This document shows positions 19,482 through 28,070 of a stretch of 64,000 bases of DNA, in pieces (the first letter of the stretch is position 1; every line of letters starts with the position of its first letter). The notes beneath the pieces are model-generated. The model saw only the letters and a program-made list of their open reading frames with translations. It was not told the origin of the DNA and did no database searches. Origin of the DNA: an uncultured Gammaproteobacteria bacterium (GTDB taxonomy: Bacteria; Patescibacteriota; Microgenomatia; UBA1406; GWC2-37-13). The DNA lies in the NCBI GenBank assembly GCA_964591375.1, contig CAZQAU010000001.1:16129-80128 (forward strand), in the 5' to 3' direction. A program made the position numbers and the translations under genes.

Positions 19482-19614
19482 TGTTTTTTTTCTTTGTTGT
19501 TTGAGAAAGTAATAAAACGACGCCGATTTAGCAATACAAAAAACTTTAAAAATATAAAATATTTTTATATTGTTGTACAAAATCAAATACAATTTTTGGA
19601 TACTGAACAACAAC

Positions 19615-20226
19615 ATGGCTCCTAAAAAACAAAAAGAAGAACCCGTCAAAAGAAAGGGAATATTATCTGATCATGTGAGACTATTTCAAAATCCGACTCC
19701 TGAATGGGAAGATATAGTGTCTCATAGACAAATGCTAACACAAGCAAGGAAATTGGGAAAAGTTACAAAAAGAAAGAAGCATCATGTGGATAATTTCAAA
19801 AGATATACTAGAACCAGAATAGTGAAAACATTGAAAAACGAACCTGCGTCAAAAATACTTACAGTATTATATGAACCTCAAGCCAGTAGATCAAATATCC
19901 ATATTGACACAGGCGATTTTTCATCACTGTTATCCAAGATTCACAAATACCCAAACACATTGCGGTGCAGAACAACTGTTTATGATAGCGTAACGTCAGA
20001 TTCTGATAAAGATAAGAGTGAATATGACGATGAGAGCGAGGAAGAACATTTGACAATTGCAGAAAAAAATAAATTGTTTCGCTTTTTTGAAAGCGATGCA
20101 AAAAAAGTTTTGCTATATGAATTGTTGCTTTGGATACAATATGGCACTCCAATTCACGCCAGACGCAAAGCGTTGTTGTCCCAAATGTTGAAATCCAATG
20201 ACAGTGGAGAAGAAGACACAGAATAA
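19615..20226 (+). CDS. hypothetical protein (203 aa, basic N-terminus MAPKKQKEEPVKRKG, acidic Ser/Asp/Glu patch)
   Basis: The first plausible ATG is at 19615. Divergent from 18861..19481 across a 133-nt spacer. Confidence 0.6.
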   Translation: MAPKKQKEEPVKRKGILSDHVRLFQNPTPEWEDIVSHRQMLTQARKLGKVTKRKKHHVDNFKRYTRTRIVKTLKNEPASKILTVLYEPQASRSNIHIDTGDFSSLLSKIHKYPNTLRCRTTVYDSVTSDSDKDKSEYDDESEEEHLTIAEKNKLFRFFESDAKKVLLYELLLWIQYGTPIHARRKALLSQMLKSNDSGEEDTE

Positions 20227-20369
20227 TTTTTTTATTAAATGATATGGAAATCAATAAAAATATTTGGTTTATTGTAACAATACCGTAAAACAAGTTCTAA
20301 TTAATGAAAGAATTGACTATTAAATAAGTGATTTTATTTCCTTTCCTGAAATAGAATTTTGTTTGTAAA

Positions 20370-21500
20370 ATGTCGTTGGATCCTTCTATACTTGTTATGC
20401 AGCCCAAAAACGGAGGGCCTGCCTTTTTCTATGGCAATCCTACAGATGATTATCGATTGAATCATAACGAATATCCAACAAAAAACGAAAGCAATATGAT
20501 TTTTTCGGGTCTGATACAAAAAATGGTCCGATACGACAACTCTGGCATCATCGAAATGAACATTGTGTCATTTATATTCTTTCTTGTGTATGGGCTGTTT
20601 TGGATTGGAATTTTTGACAGAACATCCATAGGACAATATTTACAAGAACGAAACATTTCAGCCGCTTTTTCTATTATGGATATTGTTGTAGCATTCGTAT
20701 ACAAAGACCAGCTAATGGGTGCGGTAGAAGCATTTGTTTCTATGCCATTGAAATTCGTCAATATATTGCTTTCTATCAACAATATAAGTGAAACAATGTC
20801 TGGATATTTATCAGTAACGGCTACAGGCAAATGTGACCAATGTGTAAACGAAATCCAGCAATTTTTCGAAATCTTGAGAGCTATCAACTATATTACGTTG
20901 CACTTATATTTGAAAGGAAAAGATAAGATAAGGGCACCATATTCTGATAGGATTGCCAATGTAATATATCTATATTCAGATGATTATACGTCTCCTGCTG
21001 CGCAGCTAAAATTATTAATCAAAGAAGCGAAACGATCAGTCAAATTTTTTGCATTGAGAGGGTATTTATCTGATCCTGATGAAATCAATGTCAATACCAA
21101 ATTTGACGAATTAAGTGCGAAATTAGATGTATCATTACAAAGCACATCAGTGGTTGCACCTCCAGAACTGAAAGATCAATTAAATGTGGCAATGGGATTC
21201 TATATATTGCTTATTATTCCATTAAATATGTACAGTCTTGTCAATACGCTTACGCCATTGATGTTGCCTATTATTATGTATATGTTTATTGGGTCCATTA
21301 TAACCAAATGGTGGATAGGAGATCCATTTGATCCAAACCCACGCACACAAAGATTTGACTATTACAAAATAAGAGAAGAAAACGATATTTCTATTGAATG
21401 GGGCGAATGGTATGCACTCACTCGCAAGCAACAAATGGAAAATATGTATTATTCTGTGTTACCATGTGTACATGAACAGAAAAAACCAGTTTCTTTGTGA
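20370..21500 (+). CDS. membrane protein (376 aa, about 4 TM)
   Basis: ATG start. Hydrophobic runs IVSFIFFLVYGLFWIGIF and AMGFYILLIIPLNMYSLVNTLTPLMLPIIMYMFIGSIITKWW. Confidence 0.7.
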   Translation: MSLDPSILVMQPKNGGPAFFYGNPTDDYRLNHNEYPTKNESNMIFSGLIQKMVRYDNSGIIEMNIVSFIFFLVYGLFWIGIFDRTSIGQYLQERNISAAFSIMDIVVAFVYKDQLMGAVEAFVSMPLKFVNILLSINNISETMSGYLSVTATGKCDQCVNEIQQFFEILRAINYITLHLYLKGKDKIRAPYSDRIANVIYLYSDDYTSPAAQLKLLIKEAKRSVKFFALRGYLSDPDEINVNTKFDELSAKLDVSLQSTSVVAPPELKDQLNVAMGFYILLIIPLNMYSLVNTLTPLMLPIIMYMFIGSIITKWWIGDPFDPNPRTQRFDYYKIREENDISIEWGEWYALTRKQQMENMYYSVLPCVHEQKKPVSL

Positions 21501-21587
21501 AAAAGTAATTTATATGTATAATAAAAAAGTAATGTCTTGTATTTTAATAAATCCAAAATCGCTACAGTGAGTTTTGCTTAGTATATA

Positions 21588-22208
21588 ATGTTATTTTCTG
21601 GTTGTAATAATTCAGTCTCAGAAACTACAAATGAGCCATTATCTGATCAGTCATATATAAATATATTTCCACAAGCGTTCAATCCATTGGCACCCAATTT
21701 GGAATCAAGATTGAATATAAAACGAGACAAAAATGTCGAAAAGTTTGTAAAAGAATTAGAAACCGTTAATAACACAGCATTCAATTCTGAAAATGCAATC
21801 AATAGTACTGTAATTACTGTATTATATATTCAGTTAAACAGCAATAGACCATCAAATTTTCTGACTATGCAAATCGATGCAAATACTTCTGCTGATATAG
21901 TTATAAAAAAAGTGGCGGAATCTCCGGTTGGTCCTCTCCATGGACTACGACACGCAATCAATTTCAATTACAATGGCTGCATGGCTTTTGAAATGTTTCA
22001 TCCAATATATGATAGTTTTGCCAAAAAAATCATATGTAAAAATCACTTGGAGTATGACAATCGCAAAGTATGGTCATTGCCATTTGTTCGCAAACTATCC
22101 AACGAAAAAGGCATGTACGAAAATCGTTATTGTATAATTGTATACAATCCCTGCATCGGTTTAGAATTAGGCAAAAAACCGTCTTTTTTGAGTCTGTTCA
22201 GTATATAA
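21588..22208 (+). CDS. hypothetical protein (206 aa)
   Basis: ATG-initiated ORF. No motif recognised. Confidence 0.6.
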   Translation: MLFSGCNNSVSETTNEPLSDQSYINIFPQAFNPLAPNLESRLNIKRDKNVEKFVKELETVNNTAFNSENAINSTVITVLYIQLNSNRPSNFLTMQIDANTSADIVIKKVAESPVGPLHGLRHAINFNYNGCMAFEMFHPIYDSFAKKIICKNHLEYDNRKVWSLPFVRKLSNEKGMYENRYCIIVYNPCIGLELGKKPSFLSLFSI

Positions 22209-22308
22209 GGGGTTTTTGACAAATATATATTTTCCTTTTGTATTGTATTGTAAAAATAAATTTTTTCACAAAGTCAAAAAATTGAATTTCCAAAAAACTC
22301 ACAAAGCC

Positions 22309-24303
22309 ATGGCACAAAAATCAGAATTTAGAAAGTGGTTAATTGAGAACATTAAATGCAAAGGAGAAGTCAAACCTGAAACACATGCCTTCTTTAAAGT
22401 AGATGTAAAGCAAGGGATATATGCCCCACATACATCACTAGGGCTTTTGGATCATTTGATTCCATTGCGAGGATTTTCAGCATACAATAAAGAAACAATG
22501 GAAATCGCAACGGCTGATAGATTATTGGAGTACTTGAAAGAGATTTTTGATTTCTGTTTTGATACCGTAGAAAATTTGATAGTAATTACGGACAAAGAAT
22601 ATGTTCCAATACAAAAAGGAGTTACCCAGCAAATGCGAAAAGAAAAAGAAAAAGTAGACGAGGAATTTCGCATGAAAATGCTTGACATTATAAAAGAACG
22701 AGGTTTTTTTATCAAATTGGGTCACACTTTGCCACTCCCATGGAATGAGAGTACGGGTGGTGCAAACAGATCGAAATTGATGAGGTTTATAATCAATACA
22801 TTTATGTATGACCAAAACTTTTTTTATTGTCCACCATGTGGCAAAGTGATTGTGTTTGATGGGCATTATTTGACCAAAAATGAAGAAATATTTAAAGATA
22901 TTGGAAATGCAATACCAAATCAAGTTCCAGTTGCACTTGTTCATCCTAGTCATGGAAAAGAAAAAACATACAAAAAAGACCAGCAGCAAATTATTGTGGA
23001 TGGGATAGTATATGATTTAGGGGAAGAAAATGTACATAACGTTGCTGGAATGAAGCAGCGACCGAATGTCAATCCATATATTGAATTTAAAAATGATATG
23101 GGAGAATTTGATTTGGCGTTTGTCCGTCACATTGTTGTTGCAATGAAAGAGTTTGGAACTACTTCATTTACGATATACTCTGCAGATTCTGACATCGTAT
23201 TGATATGTTTGTGGTTTTTGTATCGATTGAGAAATGCGATTGGATCGTTTAATATTGAAGAAGACTATGAAAAGATAGAAGGAGAAAGCAATTCGGCATT
23301 GAAAAAAAGAATTGAACAACAAATCAAAAATTTTACTACTGCAGCAAAGAATATACAAATGTATATTAATTACGGTGCCAAAACCAGAGATGATTACTGC
23401 AACGTAAATGTCTTATACAAAAAGCTAGTGAAACGTTTTTTGAATAACGATGAGGATTTGATTCCCACATTTTTATGTGTGGTGGTTAGCAAAAGCTCTG
23501 ATTATACCTTTGGGTTTATGGGAGTGTCCATGAAGACATTTATCAATTCTTATTTGGAGAATATAAAGTACATAAGGCCCATCATCAAATTTGACGGGGA
23601 TGATTACACGCATCTCCTTATTGATTCGTATGCTTACAAAAGAATGCTGATAGTGGCCTATCTTGCACAATATAGCAAAAATCAAAACGTTAAAAAGCTT
23701 CTGCAAGAAAAGAAACTGAAGGAATTAGATCTTAATGATGTGCGAATAGCAGTTAAGAAAGCAGTGATTACCAAAAAGAACAAGAGTTTGTTGGAATCAG
23801 TAGATTCATATAAACAATTCAAAAAAAGAAGAGTCAGTAATGAAATTGATAGCGATATAGAAAGTGACGATAATGAGTTGACAGACAAAAGTATAAAAAT
23901 AGAATTGTTTGAGGCAAGTCCTGATGATTTTAAAAAAGCCATGAAAGCTTTTGCAAAACAAGTTCCTCCGGATTCAGAAATCAAACACAGATTTGACTTG
24001 GTGCATGGATATATGTTTTTTATTCATATGTATGGGAATAAGTTTGTCAAATATCCAAATGCAGAACGATTTGGATTTACTTCATCTAACGGGAATATGT
24101 TGACTGCTGCAAACATTAAAATGCTGGCATCCAATGATTGGGAAAAATTGGAAGAGAAACGGAAAAAATATATACTGCAACGCAGTGATTTGAATGCAAC
24201 ATATAGAACAATCACGAATACAGTAGTTAGCTTGACTACTGATAGTATCAATGAAAATGGGAAGAGGCAACGAAATATTGTATTGGATGATGATGAAGAA
24301 TGA
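22309..24303 (+). CDS. XRN/FEN-superfamily (PIN-like) 5'-3' nuclease-like protein (664 aa)
   Basis: The first ATG is at 22309; the track start at 22216 is TTG. Four colinear blocks match the XRN layout. (1) SEFRKWLIEN...FFKVDVKQGIYAPH resembles PKFFRW...LYLDMNGIIH (Asp32, 22402-22404). (2) LIVITDKEYVPIQKGVTQQMRKEKEK resembles AIDGVAPRAKMNQQRxRR (Asp95). (3) DMGEFDLAFVRHI resembles PGEGEHKIMxFIR (Glu266, 23104-23106). (4) TIYSADSDIVLICL resembles LYGLDADLIMLGL (Asp293/Asp295). The acidic-pair spacing of 27 aa is close to 28 in Xrn1. Confidence 0.5.
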   Translation: MAQKSEFRKWLIENIKCKGEVKPETHAFFKVDVKQGIYAPHTSLGLLDHLIPLRGFSAYNKETMEIATADRLLEYLKEIFDFCFDTVENLIVITDKEYVPIQKGVTQQMRKEKEKVDEEFRMKMLDIIKERGFFIKLGHTLPLPWNESTGGANRSKLMRFIINTFMYDQNFFYCPPCGKVIVFDGHYLTKNEEIFKDIGNAIPNQVPVALVHPSHGKEKTYKKDQQQIIVDGIVYDLGEENVHNVAGMKQRPNVNPYIEFKNDMGEFDLAFVRHIVVAMKEFGTTSFTIYSADSDIVLICLWFLYRLRNAIGSFNIEEDYEKIEGESNSALKKRIEQQIKNFTTAAKNIQMYINYGAKTRDDYCNVNVLYKKLVKRFLNNDEDLIPTFLCVVVSKSSDYTFGFMGVSMKTFINSYLENIKYIRPIIKFDGDDYTHLLIDSYAYKRMLIVAYLAQYSKNQNVKKLLQEKKLKELDLNDVRIAVKKAVITKKNKSLLESVDSYKQFKKRRVSNEIDSDIESDDNELTDKSIKIELFEASPDDFKKAMKAFAKQVPPDSEIKHRFDLVHGYMFFIHMYGNKFVKYPNAERFGFTSSNGNMLTAANIKMLASNDWEKLEEKRKKYILQRSDLNATYRTITNTVVSLTTDSINENGKRQRNIVLDDDEE

Positions 24304-24304
24304 A

Positions 24305-24320
24305 AATAAATCTTTTTATT
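24305..24320. terminator. AATAAA-tctt-TTTATT inverted repeat between convergent genes
   Basis: A 6-bp A/T stem gives AATAAA on both strands, between the stops at 24301-24303 (+) and 24363-24365 (-). Weak on its own. Confidence 0.25.
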
Positions 24321-24362
24321 ATACAAACAATAAAATATTAGCAAAAATCACGTTCCTTTTTT

Positions 24363-25730
24363 TTAGTAGGCAGTTCTGTGGAAATATTCCAAATTCGTGT
24401 TATTTGGGCCTCCACCTGCCTTTGTACATTGTCCAACAATTCTGGAACGATTCAATGATTCGAAATCTGCCATTGCGGATAAGAACAATCCGATCATTTC
24501 TGTTTGTGCACGTTGAGCAAGACCCCAGTCTTTAGTCAAATCCAAATCTCTATAAGCAGCAATGTCTGACTTTTGTACGCGAGCAAGATTGGTAGTTCCG
24601 TCCCATCCAATAAGATTTTTGTCATCCACCAATTCTGGATGAATGGCAATGCTCTCCACAATGCTTCTGATGAATCTACGCTGGGCATTATTGAATTCTT
24701 CTTTTGTGGCAGCGTTACTGAGCAATTGATTCACTCGCCCATCAAATTTATGGGATGTAGGACCATCGGGGTTTGGATCGTTCTTTGATAATTCATAAAG
24801 CCCTGTAATGCCCATTGTATGTGCCCAAACATCATTGACTGTTGCTTGGATTTCATCAGCAGTTCCTCCATTCAAATAAAATGCTTTCAGCAATGCATTG
24901 TCATCATCATAAGATGCCAGTTGGGTAAGACCTGATTCAATTCCTTTCGCAATTCCAGTTGAGGCACAGAACAAAATGAAATAAACAAGATTGCATAAGA
25001 ATTGGACTTGGACACAGTTGTTCTTGCAGTAATCAGAGCTGAACAATTTGTGATACAAATCAGGGCTTTCAAGATACAATTTCAATGCATCCAAAGCTCT
25101 GTTCACAGCAGTATCACTTCTGTAAGAACGTGCCCACAAGGTTACTTTTCCGGGCACCACTCCAAGTCTTCTCATCTGGTCCCAGTCCACTTTCTTGAGT
25201 TCTGCTTGAGTTGGAATGTACATTTCGACTAAATCTCCAACAAAAACGGTATTGAATCCGTGCAAGGCGCCAATACCATTGATAAGCAAATTTGTTTCCA
25301 CCTCTTTCAAAGCCCCTTTTGCATAAGGAGTTTGTTGAGTACTCAATCCTCTGATAACAATGCTATTTAACAATGCATCTGTAACCAAACGGTCTGCAAG
25401 AGAAGCTGGAATCTTCAAATCATTGATGAGAATATCCCTTTCGACAGAAGCAGGGGTTTCTCCTAATCCTTCGTATCCATTCAATGCAGTCATGATTTTG
25501 GGACGGCCATTCACTTGATCACATTCATGACCCCATGCAATTTCACGAAAATGGATATCAAGAATGATATCCAAAGGGGGCTTAGATGTTTTGTACAAAG
25601 GAGATGTTAAATTGTTTCTCATTTTGTTTGCCCATTCAGTGTTGTAGAATGACTTTTCTGGAACAAATCCGGATGGGGTTGGTTCCTTTGTGTCATCGTT
25701 CATAGTATGTCCTCCTTGATAAGTTGCCAT
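24363..25730 (-). CDS. hypothetical protein (455 aa); candidate abundant or structural protein
   Basis: ATG at 25728-25730. Visibly higher G+C and less Asn/Lys/Ile-rich than its neighbours. Shares upstream sequence blocks with 26581..27903. A GG dipeptide sits at residues 6-7 (MATYQGGHT). Confidence refers to the ORF being real, not to its function. Confidence 0.8.
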   Translation of the reverse strand: MATYQGGHTMNDDTKEPTPSGFVPEKSFYNTEWANKMRNNLTSPLYKTSKPPLDIILDIHFREIAWGHECDQVNGRPKIMTALNGYEGLGETPASVERDILINDLKIPASLADRLVTDALLNSIVIRGLSTQQTPYAKGALKEVETNLLINGIGALHGFNTVFVGDLVEMYIPTQAELKKVDWDQMRRLGVVPGKVTLWARSYRSDTAVNRALDALKLYLESPDLYHKLFSSDYCKNNCVQVQFLCNLVYFILFCASTGIAKGIESGLTQLASYDDDNALLKAFYLNGGTADEIQATVNDVWAHTMGITGLYELSKNDPNPDGPTSHKFDGRVNQLLSNAATKEEFNNAQRRFIRSIVESIAIHPELVDDKNLIGWDGTTNLARVQKSDIAAYRDLDLTKDWGLAQRAQTEMIGLFLSAMADFESLNRSRIVGQCTKAGGGPNNTNLEYFHRTAY

Positions 25731-25790
25731 TTTGATAGAGTATTCTTTTCTGAGGTATAACTTTTAGGATTTTCTATATTGAGTAAATCA
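25731..25790 (-). promoter_or_regulatory. upstream / 5'-leader element shared with 27904..27960
   Basis: Coding-strand sequence: ACTCAATATAGAAAATCCTAAAAGTTATACCTCAGAAAAGAATACTCTATCAAA-ATG. The blocks TCAATAT, CCTAAA, AGTTATAC and GAAAAGAATAC recur in the same order upstream of 26581..27903. Confidence 0.35.
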
Positions 25791-25926
25791 CAAAATGAAT
25801 AAACGACTAGCAAAGTGTTTTATCAGAAAAAACCAGGGATTTTTGATTGCTAATAATTATCATAAAGAGTCGCAATTTATTAATTTTTCAAATTAAGTTT
25901 CTTCTTTTTTTACAGACATTATACAT

Positions 25927-25946
25927 AACTTTTTGGTAAAAAAGTT
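25927..25946 (-). terminator. hairpin AACTTTTT-ggta-AAAAAGTT 6 nt downstream of the stop of 25953..26480
   Basis: An 8-bp stem with a 4-nt loop, read by hand. Confidence 0.25.
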
Positions 25947-25952
25947 CTTATG

Positions 25953-26480
25953 CTATTTTGAAGCTGCAAGTGTTTTGCAAACAGGACAGTCATCTACAAT
26001 TTCTTCACCTGATAATTTGAAGATATTGTGATTATAAGTTTCAACTGCACTGGCCATATTCTTTTTCGAAATTGTCTTAATAGGTTCAAATTTATCTGCC
26101 AATGTAAATGGGTATTTGAATTGGTCTAGCTTGTATTTGGAACAAGATTTGTATAATGTCACATAAAAGTCGTTTTCTGCCATACGGTATGCATAATGGC
26201 CTTGTTCGCTAATTTCTGCACATACTAAAAGCAATTTGTCTACTGATGGGAATGCTGCGCCTGAAACTGCAGCCTTAGTTACTTTTTTCGTGCTTATGCC
26301 CATTGTCCCGTCCTTTAATACATATAAAGCAAACGCGAAATTGTCTGTTCTCAATGTGTATCTTCCATTATAGTATCCAACAATAATTATATTGGAAATC
26401 GTGTTGTTGATAGGCACCACATTTTTTGCAACGGGTATAACAATATTCTCTTTAATTTCAGTTCTCTTTCTTTTTGACAT
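25953..26480 (-). CDS. hypothetical protein (175 aa, N-terminal KRKR basic patch)
   Basis: ATG at 26478-26480. An 8-bp stem hairpin begins 6 nt after its stop. Confidence 0.65.
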   Translation of the reverse strand: MSKRKRTEIKENIVIPVAKNVVPINNTISNIIIVGYYNGRYTLRTDNFAFALYVLKDGTMGISTKKVTKAAVSGAAFPSVDKLLLVCAEISEQGHYAYRMAENDFYVTLYKSCSKYKLDQFKYPFTLADKFEPIKTISKKNMASAVETYNHNIFKLSGEEIVDDCPVCKTLAASK

Positions 26481-26580
26481 TTTGTATTAAAACGTAAGTG
26501 AAAAAGTTTGCTAAAGGATATGATTTAAAAATTTAAAAACAAAATTTACTATCACAATTTCATGGTAAAAAATACAAAAA

Positions 26581-27903
26581 TTATGTGTTCAAGACAAATT
26601 CTGTCAAACCAAGTCTTCTCAACTTCATATAGGCAATGTCATTGTCTTCGCGAATGGCTGCATTTACTTCATGGATTGTCGCTTTTGTTCCGTTTGAGTA
26701 CATGAATTTGCCGCAATGAATATATTTTCCAGAAGTGAATACATAAATAGGATAGATAAACGAATCACCGTTTTGGTCAGTTCCTCTCCTAAACACAACA
26801 TCTCTATAACCCAAATCAACATCATATGCATGATTGTAATTCAAAGGAATTCCATCAGGACTGGGATCGAAGTCTCCAACGTCGAAGTTAGGGGCATTTG
26901 GTGGCATATAGGGGTCAGAAATACAGTTTTTGGAGAATTGGGCAGGTCCAAGCCCATGCAATGCTCGGTATATAAACAGAGGGTCTTCAGGAGAGTCCAT
27001 AGTTTCATCCAAGTACTGATTCACATGGTGATTCGAGCCCATATTGTATGGAGCATTGGCTTTGAGAACCATTGGAACAACAGACAATGGCTGATAGGAA
27101 TCAAAATCGATGTTCTTTGTGGACGATGTTATTTTTGTTTTCAGTACTCCAAATCCAGCAGGTTCGTTGATTTCAATGGCATCGGCCCAATATGCAGTAA
27201 TGTCTTCCATTCTTCCCATAATAGCAAAAGTAAACAGTCTTGTTGAGCTTGTATCTTGTGCAAGAGGACTTGGTGTTCCACTATCAGAACCAGCGACAAA
27301 CCACAAGAATACATAGTTTTCTGCAAACTTTCCTGGGGTTGTGGTAAGAGTTTCCAAATCAACATGCAAATTTCCTTCTCTGTTTCTTCTTGCATTGGGT
27401 CTTGATCCAGTAATGGCTTCTTTTTTGAGCTCAGTCACAAGCACGCTCGCATCATCTTGAAGCTGAGAATTCAAGCCTGCAATATTAAACATTTCCAAAA
27501 CGTCCCAATGAGCATCATCTTCACTACTTCTTTTTGCAAACACAGGTTCTCCTCGTTGGAAATCAATGCGGGAGTACTTGCTTTTGTCAAAGCGCTTCAT
27601 TCCCATGACTTTGTATGTCACAAATTGCAATGAACCAGTTAGACCCTGGGATTTGGTGGAATAGAAATTGACATTTGCAAAGTTTTCTGGCACAGGCTCA
27701 GAGTCTGTCGGATAGGTTTGTCTTGGCAATTTTACTCCTTCATAGCCAGAGACTTGCATGCCACTCATCAATCCGGCTTGCTTTGCGACATTGGGTCCTA
27801 GATTGCTCAGGGCAGGGCCTCTGACCAAAGAGGTGCCTCCTCTGAAAGAGGCAAAACTTGAATCTCTTACATTGGCTCTAGCTACAGCTGGAGGAACAGT
27901 CAT
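26581..27903 (-). CDS. hypothetical protein (440 aa); candidate abundant or structural protein
   Basis: ATG at 27901-27903. G+C-richer composition, enough to leave a 176-codon antisense ORF open. Shares upstream blocks with 24363..25730. N-terminal SFRGG-T at residues 19-24. No NCLDV capsid signature seen. Confidence 0.8.
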   Translation of the reverse strand: MTVPPAVARANVRDSSFASFRGGTSLVRGPALSNLGPNVAKQAGLMSGMQVSGYEGVKLPRQTYPTDSEPVPENFANVNFYSTKSQGLTGSLQFVTYKVMGMKRFDKSKYSRIDFQRGEPVFAKRSSEDDAHWDVLEMFNIAGLNSQLQDDASVLVTELKKEAITGSRPNARRNREGNLHVDLETLTTTPGKFAENYVFLWFVAGSDSGTPSPLAQDTSSTRLFTFAIMGRMEDITAYWADAIEINEPAGFGVLKTKITSSTKNIDFDSYQPLSVVPMVLKANAPYNMGSNHHVNQYLDETMDSPEDPLFIYRALHGLGPAQFSKNCISDPYMPPNAPNFDVGDFDPSPDGIPLNYNHAYDVDLGYRDVVFRRGTDQNGDSFIYPIYVFTSGKYIHCGKFMYSNGTKATIHEVNAAIREDNDIAYMKLRRLGLTEFVLNT

Positions 27904-27960
27904 AATTCAGGTATTTTTTCTCGTATAACTAGCTTGAAAAATTTAGGGATATTGATAGTA
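27904..27960 (-). promoter_or_regulatory. upstream / 5'-leader element shared with 25731..25790
   Basis: Coding-strand sequence: TACTATCAATATCCCTAAATTTTTCAAGCTAGTTATACGAGAAAAAATACCTGAATT-ATG. It carries the same four colinear blocks. Confidence 0.35.
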
Positions 27961-28070
27961 AGAATAAAATATATTCAGTACAATACAAAAGCCTTTTAAA
28001 TATAATATAGTAAAGTATAATACAATAAACATTTTTTCAATAAATTTCATTTTTTATGTTTCGTTTTCAT

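Noticed and set aside
22278..22285. AAAATTGA, the mimivirus early-promoter octamer, upstream of the nuclease gene and again at 33687..33694. Both copies extend to AAAATTGAATTT.
   Set aside because: There are only two exact copies among about 49 upstream regions. By my estimate, shared 12-mers between A+T-rich spacers of this total length are expected by chance (tens of pairs). This is not evidence for a Mimiviridae affiliation.
26716..27246. A 176-aa plus-strand ORF, together with similar long antisense or alternative-frame ORFs from the track (19095..19625, 16226..16657, 20462..20887, 22522..22989, 19859..20293, 53863..54348, 12389..12772, 17312..17707).
   Set aside because: Each lies wholly inside, and mostly antisense to, a longer ORF with clear domain or topology signals. 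Their translations are low-complexity mirror images (Phe/Leu/Ser/Cys-rich). Many use non-ATG starts. They are best explained by codon bias or locally higher G+C in the real gene.
26581..27903. Calling this ORF (or 12216..13673, or 24363..25730) an NCLDV-type double-jelly-roll major capsid protein.
   Set aside because: The size is right, but I could not find the conserved N-terminal capsid motifs I know from NCLDV capsids. A functional call would be a guess without profile or structure searches.
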